64,000 nucleotides of DNA from Candidatus Zixiibacteriota bacterium (GTDB taxonomy: Bacteria; Zixibacteria; MSB-5A5; GN15; FEB-12), in contig JBGSIV010000157.1 of the NCBI GenBank assembly GCA_041742355.1, positions 21,543 through 85,542 of the forward strand. Direction: 5' to 3'. Position 1 is the stretch's first letter. Each line of letters opens with the position of its first letter. Below, piece after piece: positions 25,747 to 35,547 of the stretch. The notes under the pieces are model-generated. The model saw nothing but the letters and a program-made list of their open reading frames with translations, was not told where the DNA came from and made no database searches. The position numbers were made by a program, and so were the translations under genes.

Positions 25747-25779
25747 GGGGCAGGCCACAACGCCTGCCCCTTTCTCGTT
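25747..25779 (+). terminator. orphan intrinsic terminator inside the maeA/M32 divergent spacer
   Basis: GGGGCAGGC-CACAAC-GCCTGCCCC followed by TTTCTCGTT. No credible complete gene lies upstream of it. Confidence 0.55.
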
Positions 25780-25965
25780 ACGGGCAGAGTACTTCCCCAC
25801 AGGTTCAAGCATGATGCCCGGCGACGCGCTCGACAGACCGCTGAGCTTTCGCCGCACCGATTGGCCTGCTCAACACCCTTCCGGCGACAGTTTTCGTTTT
25901 GCTGCCTTGACCCGCGGCAATATACTTCCTCATACCGAAGGAAACCTGTACCGCGGAGACCAACC

Positions 25966-27492
25966 ATGACCTCGACCGAGGCTTACAATCATCTCAAGAA
26001 GCGCATGCGGGAGATCGCGACAATCAACTCATCGAGCAGCGTGCTCTCGTGGGATCGAAAGACGTACATGCCGCCCAAAGGGAACGCCCATCGGGCCGAC
26101 CAACTGGCCCAACTCAGCCGCCTCTCCCACCAGTGGTTCACCGACCCGAAGGTTGAGGAGTGGCTGTCGGCGGTGGAGCAGTCGGATCTGGTCAGAGATC
26201 CGGCCTCGGAAGCGGCGGTGAATGTCCGTGAGTGGCGACGGGTCTACTGCCGCAAAACGAAGCTGCCGCTGGAGTTTGTCGAAGAATTCTCCCGCACCAC
26301 TTCGCTCGCGACTCAGGTGTGGGCCGAAGCGCGGCGAAAGTCGGACTTTTCGATCTTTCAGCCGCACCTTATCAAGATTGTCGAAATGGTGCGCAATCGC
26401 GCGGAGTACTACGGCTACACGACCGAGAAGTACGATGCCCTGATCGACGATTACGAACCGGGCGCCAAAGCGGCCGAGATCGAGGCGCTCTTTGCGGGAC
26501 TGCGCACCGACCTGGTGGAACTGGTCGGCAAAGTGAAGGACGCCCCGCGCAAGCCGAATGTCGGCATTCTCCGGCAGCCGTGGAATGTCCGCAAGCAACA
26601 GATTTTCGCCGGCATGGTCGTCGGCGCGCTCGGCTATGACTTCGACTCGGGGCGGATCGATGAAACGGTGCACCCGTGCTGCAACGGGCTCGGCCCCCGG
26701 GATGTCCGGATCCTGGTCCGGTTCTCGGAGCGGGATTTCAACGACGGTTTCCAGGCGACCGTGCACGAAACCGGCCATGCCTTCTATTCGCTCAACCAGG
26801 ATAACCTCGACCTCTGGGGGACGCCGATGACCCGGACGCCGTCGCTGGCAATCCATGAGTCGCAGTCGCGCACCTGGGAGAATTTCGTCGGGCGGTCGCG
26901 CCCCTTCTGGGTCTATTTCTTCCCTCAGTTGCAGCGCCTCTTCCGGGAGCAGACGCAGGGGGTGTCATTGGATGATTTCTACGGCGCGATCAACTGGGTA
27001 GCGCCGTCATACATCCGCGTCCAGGCCGATGAGGCGACCTACCAGCTGCACATCATGCTCCGATTCGAGCTGGAGCGGGCGATCATCCGGGGGGACATCG
27101 AAGTGGCCGACATCCCCGGCGAGTGGAACAGCCGGTTCAAGAAGTACCTCGGGATCGAGATTGACAGGGACGCTAACGGATGCCTCCAGGATGTCCACTG
27201 GTCGGACGGCTCGTTCGGGTACTTCCCGACCTACACGCTCGGTAATCTCTACGCGGCGCAGTTCTGGCAACAGGCAATGAAGGACCTGCCGGGATTACCG
27301 GATGACTTCGCGATCGGCCGCTTCGACCGCCTCCTCGACTGGCTTGGCGCGAATATCCACCGTCAGGGCTTCAAATACTACCCCGACGAGATGTGCCGTC
27401 GGCTCACCGGCCGGCCTCTCTCTCACAAGCCGCTGTTGGACTACCTCTACGACAAGTACGAGGGGATCTACGGGATCAGCCGGAGCCGATAG
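25966..27492 (+). CDS. M32 (Taq-type) carboxypeptidase
   Basis: Start taken at ATG 25966 (MTSTEAYNHLKKRMREIATINSSSSVLSWDRKTYMPPKG). HEXXH as VHETGHAFYS, then IHESQSR, and DVHWS..FGYFPTYTLG. The upstream 151 codons of the listed ORF look non-coding. Confidence 0.9.
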   Translation: MTSTEAYNHLKKRMREIATINSSSSVLSWDRKTYMPPKGNAHRADQLAQLSRLSHQWFTDPKVEEWLSAVEQSDLVRDPASEAAVNVREWRRVYCRKTKLPLEFVEEFSRTTSLATQVWAEARRKSDFSIFQPHLIKIVEMVRNRAEYYGYTTEKYDALIDDYEPGAKAAEIEALFAGLRTDLVELVGKVKDAPRKPNVGILRQPWNVRKQQIFAGMVVGALGYDFDSGRIDETVHPCCNGLGPRDVRILVRFSERDFNDGFQATVHETGHAFYSLNQDNLDLWGTPMTRTPSLAIHESQSRTWENFVGRSRPFWVYFFPQLQRLFREQTQGVSLDDFYGAINWVAPSYIRVQADEATYQLHIMLRFELERAIIRGDIEVADIPGEWNSRFKKYLGIEIDRDANGCLQDVHWSDGSFGYFPTYTLGNLYAAQFWQQAMKDLPGLPDDFAIGRFDRLLDWLGANIHRQGFKYYPDEMCRRLTGRPLSHKPLLDYLYDKYEGIYGISRSR

Positions 27493-27515
27493 GGGAGAGG
27501 AGCTCAAGCAGTTCG

Positions 27516-27550
27516 CGCCGCCGGAGAAAAGCCTCCGGCGGCGATTTTCC
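27516..27550 (+). terminator. intrinsic terminator of the M32 gene
   Basis: CGCCGCCGGAG-AAAAGC-CTCCGGCGGCG followed by ATTTTCC. Confidence 0.65.
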
Positions 27551-27655
27551 GTCAACTTTTCCATCCATTTTTCTGATTTCATGTTATCTTCCTGGAAGTA
27601 ACACTACATACACGCCGATAGGTGTGGAAACACCACTTACTTGCCGGGTACTGCT

Positions 27656-30028
27656 ATGATCCGATCACCTCGTCTTGCCGCTGTCTCCGGGGGCCTCTTC
27701 ATCACCGCACTCACCGCCATTCTTCTCCTCTCCAGTCCCGTTCGAGCCGAACGGGCCGCACCGGTCGAAATGGACCTCGTCTGCACCAACTGGTTGACCC
27801 AACTCGTGCACCTGCGCGGCGACTGGGCCGGTTCATCCGATCCGGCCGTACTGGGAGTGCACGATATCTTCGCCGGCGATACACTGCTGGGACGGTACTA
27901 TGACATCGCCCCACGAGGGTTTGTGCTGGTGACCGCGCTCAAGGAGATGACGCCGGTGAAGGCGTACTCCGATCAGTTCAACCTCGATGAGAACCAGGCG
28001 GAGGGGTTCCTGGGGATGGTTACAGAGGTCCTGAGCGAGCGCACAGCACTGTACGCCAGGACATTTGGTAGCCTCGATGCGGTTCAGCCCTCAAGTGGGC
28101 CGGCGATCTTCGGGCAGGGACAAAAGGGGGAGTGGACCCGGCTGACGCTGCCGGAAGAGGCGTTCCGGGAGGAGATGCAGGCGAAAGGTTCGCGGTCGAT
28201 CGCCGAAGCTGGACCGCTGACCCGGACGAGTTGGAATCAATCGGCGCCATACAACAATTATTGCCCGATGGGCGAGACCGGGCGGTCGGTGGTCGGATGT
28301 GTGGCGACTGCGACAGCTCAAATTCTCGCGTACTGGCAATGGCCGCCGAGCGGGCTGGGGTCCCACACCTACACCTGGGATGGGGATCAGTACTGCGGGG
28401 GAAATTTCGGCGGCGGAGTTCTGTCGGCCACCTTCTCCGATACGTACGACTGGGCCAACATTGTCGACAGCTGTGATCTCGGCTGCAACACGGCCCAGCA
28501 AAACGCGCTGGCAGAGTTGTGTTACGAGGTCGGGGTCGCTTTCGACATGGACTACTCGTCATGCGGCTCGGCCGCCTCGACCGCGCGGGCGGTTGCCGTC
28601 TTCCCCACGTACTTCAAGTTCAGCACGGAAATCCGACGGCTTAACCGCTCGTCCTACACGCTCAGCGAGTGGTATGACCTGGCCAAACATGAAATCGATA
28701 CGGGGCGCGTGATCCAGTACCGGATCAACGCGCACTCCATCGTCCTCGACGGCTACCGCGAGCAGACTCCGGGCAGGTACGAGTATCACATGAACTACGG
28801 ATGGGCCAACTCGTTCAATGCGTGGTACGTCCTGGACAGCCTGTACTGCGGCTGGATCGACGGGGATATCTGCCCGGCCAACGAGGAGTTCATGATCACG
28901 CATATCTTCCCGCAGACCAGGCCGGCGATGGCGCTGGCAGGCCATGCCTTCTCTGAAGCGACCGGGAATGGCAACGGCCGTGCCAACAGCGGGGAGGCGA
29001 TCAATCTGAACATGGTGGTTGGCAACGACGGCAACGACGCCACTAATCCGGTCGTCACGGTCAGCACGACCGATCCCTACGTTACCGTCCAGCAGGCCTC
29101 GGCCAGCCTCGGTGAAGTGATTGTCTGGGGAGGGCAAGGAGCGACGGCATTGCCGGTAGTTGTGTCAATAGCTCCGGGATGCCCCGATCCGCACCGGGCG
29201 GTGCTTACATTGAGCCTCTCCGCCGAGGGGGGCTATGCCACGACCGATTCGGTGCTGCTGTTTATCGGCAATACACCCGGAATGACCGCCGACTTCGAAA
29301 CTATCGACGGCCTCTGGTGGCACAGGGCCCATACCCCGATGTACGGAGATCAGTGGCACCTCGAAACCTACCGCAAACACAGCGGGAGCAGCAGCTGGAA
29401 GGTGGGTGGGCTCGGCTCTGCCCTATACGACAACTCGCTCGATGCGGCGCTGGTGTCGCCGCCGTTCCTCCTGCCGGTCAATCCGCAGTTGTCGTTCTGG
29501 CACTGGCGGGATTTTGAGGATGATCAGACTGCGTGGGATGGCGGGATCGTGATGATCTCGACAAACGGCGGAGACTGGGTGCAGATCACGCCGGAGGGAG
29601 GATATCCGGGGGCAATCTACGACAATCCGGACAACGCGTTGCCCGGCGGCACCCCGTGCTACAACGGCCATTCCGACTGGACCGAAGCCGTTTTCGACCT
29701 CTCCGGCTACAGCGGTGTGGCACAGGTGATGTTCCGATTTGCCAGCGATGGCTCAGCAACCGAGGAGGGCTGGTATGTCGACGACGTGCAGGTTATCTCA
29801 ACCGGCTGCTGCATCGGGATGCGCGGGAATATCGATGGTGACGCACTGGACAAGGTCCTCGTGTCCGACCTCACGTTCCTCGTGAACCGGCTCTTCCGCT
29901 CGGGACCGGAATCGCCGTGCGCGGAGGAAGCGGATGTCGACGGTAGTTCGACGCTCAATGTGACCGACCTCACCCAACTGGTGAACTACCTGTTCCGGTC
30001 AGGCCCGTCCCCGGCTGCGTGCCCGTAA
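27656..30028 (+). CDS. secreted C10 (streptopain-like) cysteine peptidase with accessory domain and dockerin-like C-terminus
   Basis: Signal peptide and propeptide-like N-terminus. SWNQSAPYNNYCP...VVGCVATATAQILAYWQWP (Cys), AHSIVLDGY (His), NYGW. Then a ~180-aa beta domain ending GWYVDDVQV. Last 74 aa: GCCIGMRGNIDGD...VSDLTFLVNRLFRSGP..C...DVDGSSTLNVTDLTQLVNYLFRSGPSPAACP. Confidence 0.85.
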   Translation: MIRSPRLAAVSGGLFITALTAILLLSSPVRAERAAPVEMDLVCTNWLTQLVHLRGDWAGSSDPAVLGVHDIFAGDTLLGRYYDIAPRGFVLVTALKEMTPVKAYSDQFNLDENQAEGFLGMVTEVLSERTALYARTFGSLDAVQPSSGPAIFGQGQKGEWTRLTLPEEAFREEMQAKGSRSIAEAGPLTRTSWNQSAPYNNYCPMGETGRSVVGCVATATAQILAYWQWPPSGLGSHTYTWDGDQYCGGNFGGGVLSATFSDTYDWANIVDSCDLGCNTAQQNALAELCYEVGVAFDMDYSSCGSAASTARAVAVFPTYFKFSTEIRRLNRSSYTLSEWYDLAKHEIDTGRVIQYRINAHSIVLDGYREQTPGRYEYHMNYGWANSFNAWYVLDSLYCGWIDGDICPANEEFMITHIFPQTRPAMALAGHAFSEATGNGNGRANSGEAINLNMVVGNDGNDATNPVVTVSTTDPYVTVQQASASLGEVIVWGGQGATALPVVVSIAPGCPDPHRAVLTLSLSAEGGYATTDSVLLFIGNTPGMTADFETIDGLWWHRAHTPMYGDQWHLETYRKHSGSSSWKVGGLGSALYDNSLDAALVSPPFLLPVNPQLSFWHWRDFEDDQTAWDGGIVMISTNGGDWVQITPEGGYPGAIYDNPDNALPGGTPCYNGHSDWTEAVFDLSGYSGVAQVMFRFASDGSATEEGWYVDDVQVISTGCCIGMRGNIDGDALDKVLVSDLTFLVNRLFRSGPESPCAEEADVDGSSTLNVTDLTQLVNYLFRSGPSPAACP

Positions 30029-30080
30029 GATCTAAGAACACCACGCATTCTGCACGAATGCTGCCTTCACAATGAATGTG

Positions 30081-30118
30081 GTGCTGTCGGGCGGAAACGC
30101 CCGACAGCACTTTCTATT
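30081..30118 (+). terminator. intrinsic terminator of the C10 peptidase gene
   Basis: GTGCTGTCGGGCG-GAAA-CGCCCGACAGCAC followed by TTTCTATT. Confidence 0.8.
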
Positions 30119-30149
30119 GAACGATCTGTTGACGTGGGATCAAGAGGAG

Positions 30150-31430
30150 CTATGGCTGACCGGCCATGCTCTTTCCGGCGATCCACCCAGTGGTCCAGGC
30201 ATTCTGGAAATTGAAGCCGCCGGTGATGCCGTCGATGTCGAGAATCTCACCGGCGAAGAAGAGCCCGGGCCGCAGCTTGCTCTGCATGCTGCGGAAGTCA
30301 ACCTCCCGCAGATCGACTCCTCCGCAGGTGACGAACTCCTCTTTGAACACTCCTTTGCCGACGACAGTGAAGCGGGCACCGGTGATTTCAGCGGCGAGCG
30401 CTGAGAGCTGGGCTTTTGTGATCTCGGTCCAGGAGGCAGACTCCGCAATGCCGGCGGTCGTGGCGATACGGGCCCAGTAGCGTTTCGGCAGGAAAACAGG
30501 GCTGTCGCCGGCGACCAGCTTGCGGCCGTGGGTTTGTTTGTGAGCGACGAGGAGGTCAAAGATTTGGTCAGCGGAGTGTGTCGGGGAGAAGTTGACCTTC
30601 AGCTCCGCGTGGTAATGGGTCTCGTGGAGTTCGCGCGCCCCCCAGGCGGAGAGCTTGAGGACCGCCGGCCCGCTCAGGCCCCAATGGGTGATGAGCATCG
30701 GGCCGGATTGCTCCAGTCGGCGATTGCTAGTTGCCAGGACGAGGTGGACGGTCTCGAAACTGATGCCGGCCAGATCGGAAAGACGGGGATCGGTGACCTT
30801 GAAGGTAAAAAGGGAAGGAACGGTCGGTACTATCGTGTGCCCGAGCGATTGGGCCAGGCGGTAGCCCTGAGGACTGCTGCCGGTCGCAAGGAGGATCTGA
30901 TCAAAAGGCCCCCTCGTACCGTCGTGCAGCTCGATGATGAACCGTCCGACTGACGGATCTTCGGCCAGGGAAATGCTCTTGATGCGGGTGCGCAGACGAA
31001 GGGTTACACCGAGATCGCGGGCCGCGGTCAGGAGGCAGTCGATGATGGTCTGCGAGTTGTCGGTTACGGGAAACATCCGGCCGTCGGGTTCAACCTTGAG
31101 CGGGACGCCATGGCGCTCGAACCACGCCACCGTATCCCGCGGCTGGAAACGGCTGAACGGCCCGCGCAATTCGCGGTGGCCGCGCGGGTAGTTCTTCACG
31201 AGTTCCGCCGGATCGAAGCAGTGGTGGGTGACATTGCACCGCCCGCCCCCGGAAATGCGGACCTTATCCAGGGGATCGCCGGTCGCTTCAAAAACCGTGA
31301 CCGCGATCTTATCGCCGAGCCTTCGGGAACGGACCTCCTCGGCCAGGGCAATGGCCCCGAAAATGCCGGCCGCACCGGCGCCGATAATTGCGGCCCGGCG
31401 GACCGAAGTCGATGATTGAACTGGATCCAT
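30150..31430 (-). CDS. HI0933/YhiN(BaiN)-family NAD(P)/FAD-dependent oxidoreductase
   Basis: Start taken at ATG 31430 (MDPVQSS...). Dinucleotide fold AAIIGAGAAGIFGAIALAEE. ISGGGRCNVTH. C-terminal FAGEILDIDGITGGFNFQNAWTTG. Confidence 0.85.
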   Translation of the reverse strand: MDPVQSSTSVRRAAIIGAGAAGIFGAIALAEEVRSRRLGDKIAVTVFEATGDPLDKVRISGGGRCNVTHHCFDPAELVKNYPRGHRELRGPFSRFQPRDTVAWFERHGVPLKVEPDGRMFPVTDNSQTIIDCLLTAARDLGVTLRLRTRIKSISLAEDPSVGRFIIELHDGTRGPFDQILLATGSSPQGYRLAQSLGHTIVPTVPSLFTFKVTDPRLSDLAGISFETVHLVLATSNRRLEQSGPMLITHWGLSGPAVLKLSAWGARELHETHYHAELKVNFSPTHSADQIFDLLVAHKQTHGRKLVAGDSPVFLPKRYWARIATTAGIAESASWTEITKAQLSALAAEITGARFTVVGKGVFKEEFVTCGGVDLREVDFRSMQSKLRPGLFFAGEILDIDGITGGFNFQNAWTTGWIAGKSMAGQP

Positions 31431-31543
31431 AACGGATAAAATCGTATGTTCAGCGCCAGGAGCCAAGTGCAATGTCGGCGACCCTGCCCGGAATGGCCGG
31501 GAACATCGCCACTTCAACGGCATTACGGAACTGGAAGAATCGA

Positions 31544-32044
31544 ATGAGCAGAGTGCATCGAAAACAACGTCCGGCGCCGGCGCTCCTGCCGAGCATCGGG
31601 GGATTAATCGGCTGGATGGCCGTCACCTTCGCTGTGGCCTACTTCGGCTCGCAGTTTGAGCCGGGCCAGTGGTATGCCGGGCTGGCCAAACCGGCGTGGA
31701 CGCCGCCAAGTGCCGTTTTTCCGCCGGTATGGACCTTCCTGTATGCCTCCATGGCCTTCGCGGCGTGGCTGGTCTGGCGACGCTACGGGTTTCACGGCGC
31801 CGGAGGAGCTCTTGGGTTCTACACGGTGCAACTGGCGCTCAATGGCGCCTGGTCCTGGCTGTTCTTCGGCCGCCACGAGATCCTCTTCGCTTTGATTGAT
31901 ATTGCGGCGCTCCTGCTGATGATCACCATCACGATGGTGCTATTCCGCCGCCGGGTCCCTCTGGCGGGATGGCTGTTCGTGCCCTATTTCATTTGGGTCG
32001 CCTACGCGACCGCGCTCAATTTCGCCATCTGGCGCCTGAACTGA
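31544..32044 (+). CDS. tspO: TspO/MBR tryptophan-rich sensory protein
   Basis: Start taken at ATG 31544. WYAGLAKPAWTPPSAVFPPVWTFLYASMAFAAWLVW...QLALNGAWSWLFFG...PYFIWVAYATALN. Confidence 0.9.
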   Translation: MSRVHRKQRPAPALLPSIGGLIGWMAVTFAVAYFGSQFEPGQWYAGLAKPAWTPPSAVFPPVWTFLYASMAFAAWLVWRRYGFHGAGGALGFYTVQLALNGAWSWLFFGRHEILFALIDIAALLLMITITMVLFRRRVPLAGWLFVPYFIWVAYATALNFAIWRLN

Positions 32045-32070
32045 TCGGCTCACTTCCCCCGCACACCTGT

Positions 32071-32100
32071 AATGAAAACGGGACCCTTGTGAGGGTCCCG
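32071..32100 (-). terminator. intrinsic terminator of the CBM9/DUF5916 gene
   Basis: Minus strand reads CGGGACCC-TCACAA-GGGTCCCG followed by TTTTCATT. Lies 30 nt after the stop. Confidence 0.6.
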
Positions 32101-32129
32101 CTTCCGAGAGAGAGTCCCGCTGACGGGGA

Positions 32130-34421
32130 TCAGGTTTGGAAGAGGTACTGTATTTTCATGAAGAACTGCCGGTTCGTCAGCCGCCAGTCGCTGGGGGCGT
32201 CCAGGCCGGCCGTCATGTTGCCGTAGTCGTAAGTCGAACCGATGTAGAAGACCGAGAAGGGAGAGATCTGGTAGGTCAGCAGCGGATCGACGTCCCACGT
32301 CTCCCAGCCGTCGTTGTACTGCACTACCAGACGGACCGACAGCTCGCGATTGGCCTGCAGTTGGAAGCGGGTGCGGGTGATGTGCTGTTCATACAGCTCT
32401 TCATCGGTCGTAACCGAGGTTGCCCGGGCGAAACTGAAGCTTGGCTCGATCGTCAGGCGGTCGATCGGCTTGACGGACATGCCGATCCCGCCGCCGATTT
32501 CGTGGCTTGACTCTCCCAGCCGTCGAGCGACTCCGCGGCCCAGCTGATAATTGAAGTTAAAGCCCAGGGCGTCGTTGATCTGGTTACCCAGATTGATCTG
32601 TGCCGTCCAAAGATCGTCGTACTGGACGCCGCTCCAGTTCTCGGAGCCGACGGTGTACTGCAGCCCGGCGTAGGTTTGCCAGAAGCGGAGGTTGGCGTCG
32701 AGCCCCGCCGTGGCATGGCTCCACTTGATTTTGCCGTCGTAGTTCCAGCGGCGCTCGGCGTAGAAGCTCGGCGTGATCCGCTGGATCAGGCCCTTGTCGC
32801 TGTAAAACGTGTACGAGGTCACGGCAAAGCCGTTGCGGTAGTCGTTCCAGGGATCGTACCCGGTCTGGGTCCGGTAGGTGGGAGCGACCTGGTCGAAGTT
32901 GAGGCGGACGTTCAGGTGCCGTCCGTTGCGCCGGAACTGGGTAATCAAAGCTGTTCCGGAGTACGACTCACCGTCGAGGATGGCAGTATGCTTGCCGCCG
33001 TCGAAAGTCAGGCCTTCCAGGCCTTCGGTTCCCATCGCCTGATCCGGTTCACCGGTGAAACTGCCGACAAACTGGCCAACCACGCTGTAGTTCTGTGACA
33101 GGCGAAGCTGGCCGTCTGCGCTGAGAATGGTGCCGTAGCCGCCGTGTTCGAAGCGGCGGTCGGTAATCATGAAACCGGCACGGTCGTTCTGACCGAACGA
33201 GAGCGCGCCGCGCAGGACGTTCACGTAGCTTTCGCCCGCGTCAATCATCCCTCCGAACTCCTCGAACGGAAGAGCATAGGGGGACGTATTGTCTTTGGCG
33301 CTGATGAAGCCGATGGTCGCGCGGCCGACTCGTCCGGTGGACTTCACCGCATAGTCGGGATCATTGACGGTACGGGTATAGAACGAATTGAACAGGGTGC
33401 GGAATATGTCCGAGCCTTCTTGGAAAAATGGCCGCCGCTCAGGATAAAACAGCGAGATAGTCGAGTTGACATCGATCTGCGCGGCATCGGCCTCTATCTG
33501 GCTGTAGTCGGGGTTGTAGGTCGCCTCGACCGTCATGCCCGACGTTATCGCGTACTTCCCGCCGAGTGACAGATCACCGTCAACGTCGGCGTTGTCAAAA
33601 TCGAACCGGGTGCCATCGTAGTTTAACTGCCCGGACTGGTTGCCCACGACCGAGGCGAGGAGCTCGACTCCCTTGCCGGGCTGCACATCGGAGATACCGG
33701 TCACGGTTCCCCACTGGCAGGGCCAGCACTGCTCGCCGCGGTTGTACGCGGCCCAGGAGTACTGGTACTGCGACTCGCGCGGGCGGTTGCGCCAGAAATC
33801 CATCTTCCACTCCTGGGCGTCGCGGCCCGGGAAGCGGATGCCGGAAAACGGAATGGCGATTTCAACCTGGTAGCCGGTGGCGGTGATTTTGGCGGCGGAG
33901 TTCCAGATCAGATCGAAACTGGCGTCCTCGCCGATCGTCGGGGTCCAGAGGTGGTCGCGCTGAACGCCGTATGGGTTGACGAAAAATTCGTAGGCGACCG
34001 AGGCGTCACCGTACGTATCGATCATGACAATGACGCAGTCATCGCCGCCCCAGTGGTCGCGCTGGGCCATGGTGGCGCGAATAGCCTTAGGATCGTCGTG
34101 GCAGATGAAACCGACATAGAGATTCTTGTCATCATAGGTGACGAGAACCTCGGTGCGGACCTGAGGGGGGACCATATCGCCGGGGTCTCGTTCGACAAAG
34201 CGGTCGGTGCGCACGGCACTCGTCCAGCCGGCGTCATCGAGGTTACCGTCGATATCGATATCCGTGGTAGTCCTGTTGACCGCAAGAGTGGGTTTGAACA
34301 CCGGTGCAAAGTCAGGTGCCGGCATCATATCCGAGGCAGCCGCCGGCGAAGCGGCCACGAGCAGCACCACGAGACCGAACATCGTTGCAGGAGTTCCCCA
34401 ATTCATTATGCGTGTACTCAT
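32130..34421 (-). CDS. CBM9-like + DUF5916 outer-membrane/secreted protein
   Basis: Start taken at ATG 34421 (MSTRIMNW...), with a signal peptide. IDIDGNLDDAGW...RFVERDPGD..PPQVRTEVLVTYDDKNLYVGFICHDDP...DCVIVMIDTYGD..AYEFFVNPYGVQRD. Long beta-rich C-terminus ending QYLFQT. Confidence 0.8.
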   Translation of the reverse strand: MSTRIMNWGTPATMFGLVVLLVAASPAAASDMMPAPDFAPVFKPTLAVNRTTTDIDIDGNLDDAGWTSAVRTDRFVERDPGDMVPPQVRTEVLVTYDDKNLYVGFICHDDPKAIRATMAQRDHWGGDDCVIVMIDTYGDASVAYEFFVNPYGVQRDHLWTPTIGEDASFDLIWNSAAKITATGYQVEIAIPFSGIRFPGRDAQEWKMDFWRNRPRESQYQYSWAAYNRGEQCWPCQWGTVTGISDVQPGKGVELLASVVGNQSGQLNYDGTRFDFDNADVDGDLSLGGKYAITSGMTVEATYNPDYSQIEADAAQIDVNSTISLFYPERRPFFQEGSDIFRTLFNSFYTRTVNDPDYAVKSTGRVGRATIGFISAKDNTSPYALPFEEFGGMIDAGESYVNVLRGALSFGQNDRAGFMITDRRFEHGGYGTILSADGQLRLSQNYSVVGQFVGSFTGEPDQAMGTEGLEGLTFDGGKHTAILDGESYSGTALITQFRRNGRHLNVRLNFDQVAPTYRTQTGYDPWNDYRNGFAVTSYTFYSDKGLIQRITPSFYAERRWNYDGKIKWSHATAGLDANLRFWQTYAGLQYTVGSENWSGVQYDDLWTAQINLGNQINDALGFNFNYQLGRGVARRLGESSHEIGGGIGMSVKPIDRLTIEPSFSFARATSVTTDEELYEQHITRTRFQLQANRELSVRLVVQYNDGWETWDVDPLLTYQISPFSVFYIGSTYDYGNMTAGLDAPSDWRLTNRQFFMKIQYLFQT

Positions 34422-34739
34422 CGACACGCCCCTTTCGCATTCGAGCAAAGCCTCTCAGTTACTATCCACTCTGGCCTCGCGGCCGGTGGCGCTGACCGAA
34501 TGCCGTTCCGAAGCGGCACCCAAGTTCGGAATTCCCCGGGGATTTCATCCTGTTGGTAACTACTTACGAAACCGTTTTGCGCAAAGTTTCATGTCGCGGA
34601 AAAAAGGGGAGCGCAAAATCTGCTCACCGGGGAATCACGTTCAAAGGTCCACCATCACATTTCGCCGCAGCGGTATTGCGCTCGGCGGCAGAGATCATAT
34701 ATTATGGATCATTATTATCCAAAGAAGCGAGGCGCGACG

Positions 34740-35411
34740 ATGAACTACACACAGGCCATGGCCGCTTTGCAGCAGGCCGGATCGGAAAAGACGGCAAACA
34801 CCTACCGCCGCCACGGAGTGAAAGGGGAGGTGTTCGGCGTGAGTTTCGCCGCCCTGGCGAAGTTCAAGAAGCAGATCAGAACGAACCAGCCGCTGGCCGA
34901 GGAACTCTGGGCATCGGGGAATGCCGATGCGCGGATCCTCGCGGCCATGATCGCCGATCCGACCAAAATGGCCGAAACGACGATCGAGAAGTGGCTGAAG
35001 GATGCCGACTATCACGTCCTCGCCGACTACGTGGCGTCGGCCGCCGCACGCACACCGTTCGCCAAACAACTGATGACCAGGTGGATGAAGAGCACGCAGG
35101 AGTTTGTCCGGCAGGCCGGGTACGCCATGCTTGCGTCCATGCTCAAAGACGGGCTGGGGGAAATCACCGAAGCGGAGTGCGAAGCGTTCCTCGGGACAAT
35201 AGAACGGGAGATCCATGGTTCCCCCAACCGGGCCCGGCAGGCGATGAACAACGCCCTCATCGCCATTGGGATCTACCGCGCCGGATTGACGCGCCCCGCC
35301 TGCGAGGCCGCCGCCCGCATCGGTCCGGTCGATGTCGACCACGGCGACACCGCCTGCAAGACGCCCGACGCCGCCGCCTACATAGCCAAGGCGCTCGCCC
35401 GCAAGAAGTAA
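34740..35411 (+). CDS. DNA alkylation repair (AlkD-like HEAT-repeat) protein
   Basis: Start taken at ATG 34740, 7 nt after GAGG. ...KTANTYRRHGVKGEVFGVSFAALAKFKKQI..NQPLAEELWASGNADARILAAMIADP is typical of this family. Confidence 0.8.
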   Translation: MNYTQAMAALQQAGSEKTANTYRRHGVKGEVFGVSFAALAKFKKQIRTNQPLAEELWASGNADARILAAMIADPTKMAETTIEKWLKDADYHVLADYVASAAARTPFAKQLMTRWMKSTQEFVRQAGYAMLASMLKDGLGEITEAECEAFLGTIEREIHGSPNRARQAMNNALIAIGIYRAGLTRPACEAAARIGPVDVDHGDTACKTPDAAAYIAKALARKK

Positions 35412-35547
35412 CCTTGTCCCGTTTGGCCCATCGAGACCGCTTCCCTTCACGCAATTTCATTGAACAATCGATGGAGATCTAGGGGGGCAGCAGTACCAGT
35501 AGAAAGACGATCCAAGCGTCACTTCACTGCTACTGGAGGGAAGGCCG

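Noticed and set aside
25608-25814. 68-codon wHTH-like ORF as a functional gene
   Set aside because: It is too short upstream for a full winged-helix domain, and a strong terminator lies inside it before the stop. It is kept only as a possible relic in the findings.
25513-25965. N-terminal 151 codons of the listed M32 ORF
   Set aside because: The M32 family N-terminus begins at ATG 25966. The upstream translation is Arg/Trp/Ser-rich, crosses an intrinsic terminator, and lies in a low-GC spacer.
34553-35482. 309-aa plus-strand ORF and 251-aa minus-strand ORF overlapping the AlkD-like gene
   Set aside because: Both are Arg/Gly-rich alternative frames of a gene whose own frame carries the recognisable AlkD-like sequence and an SD.
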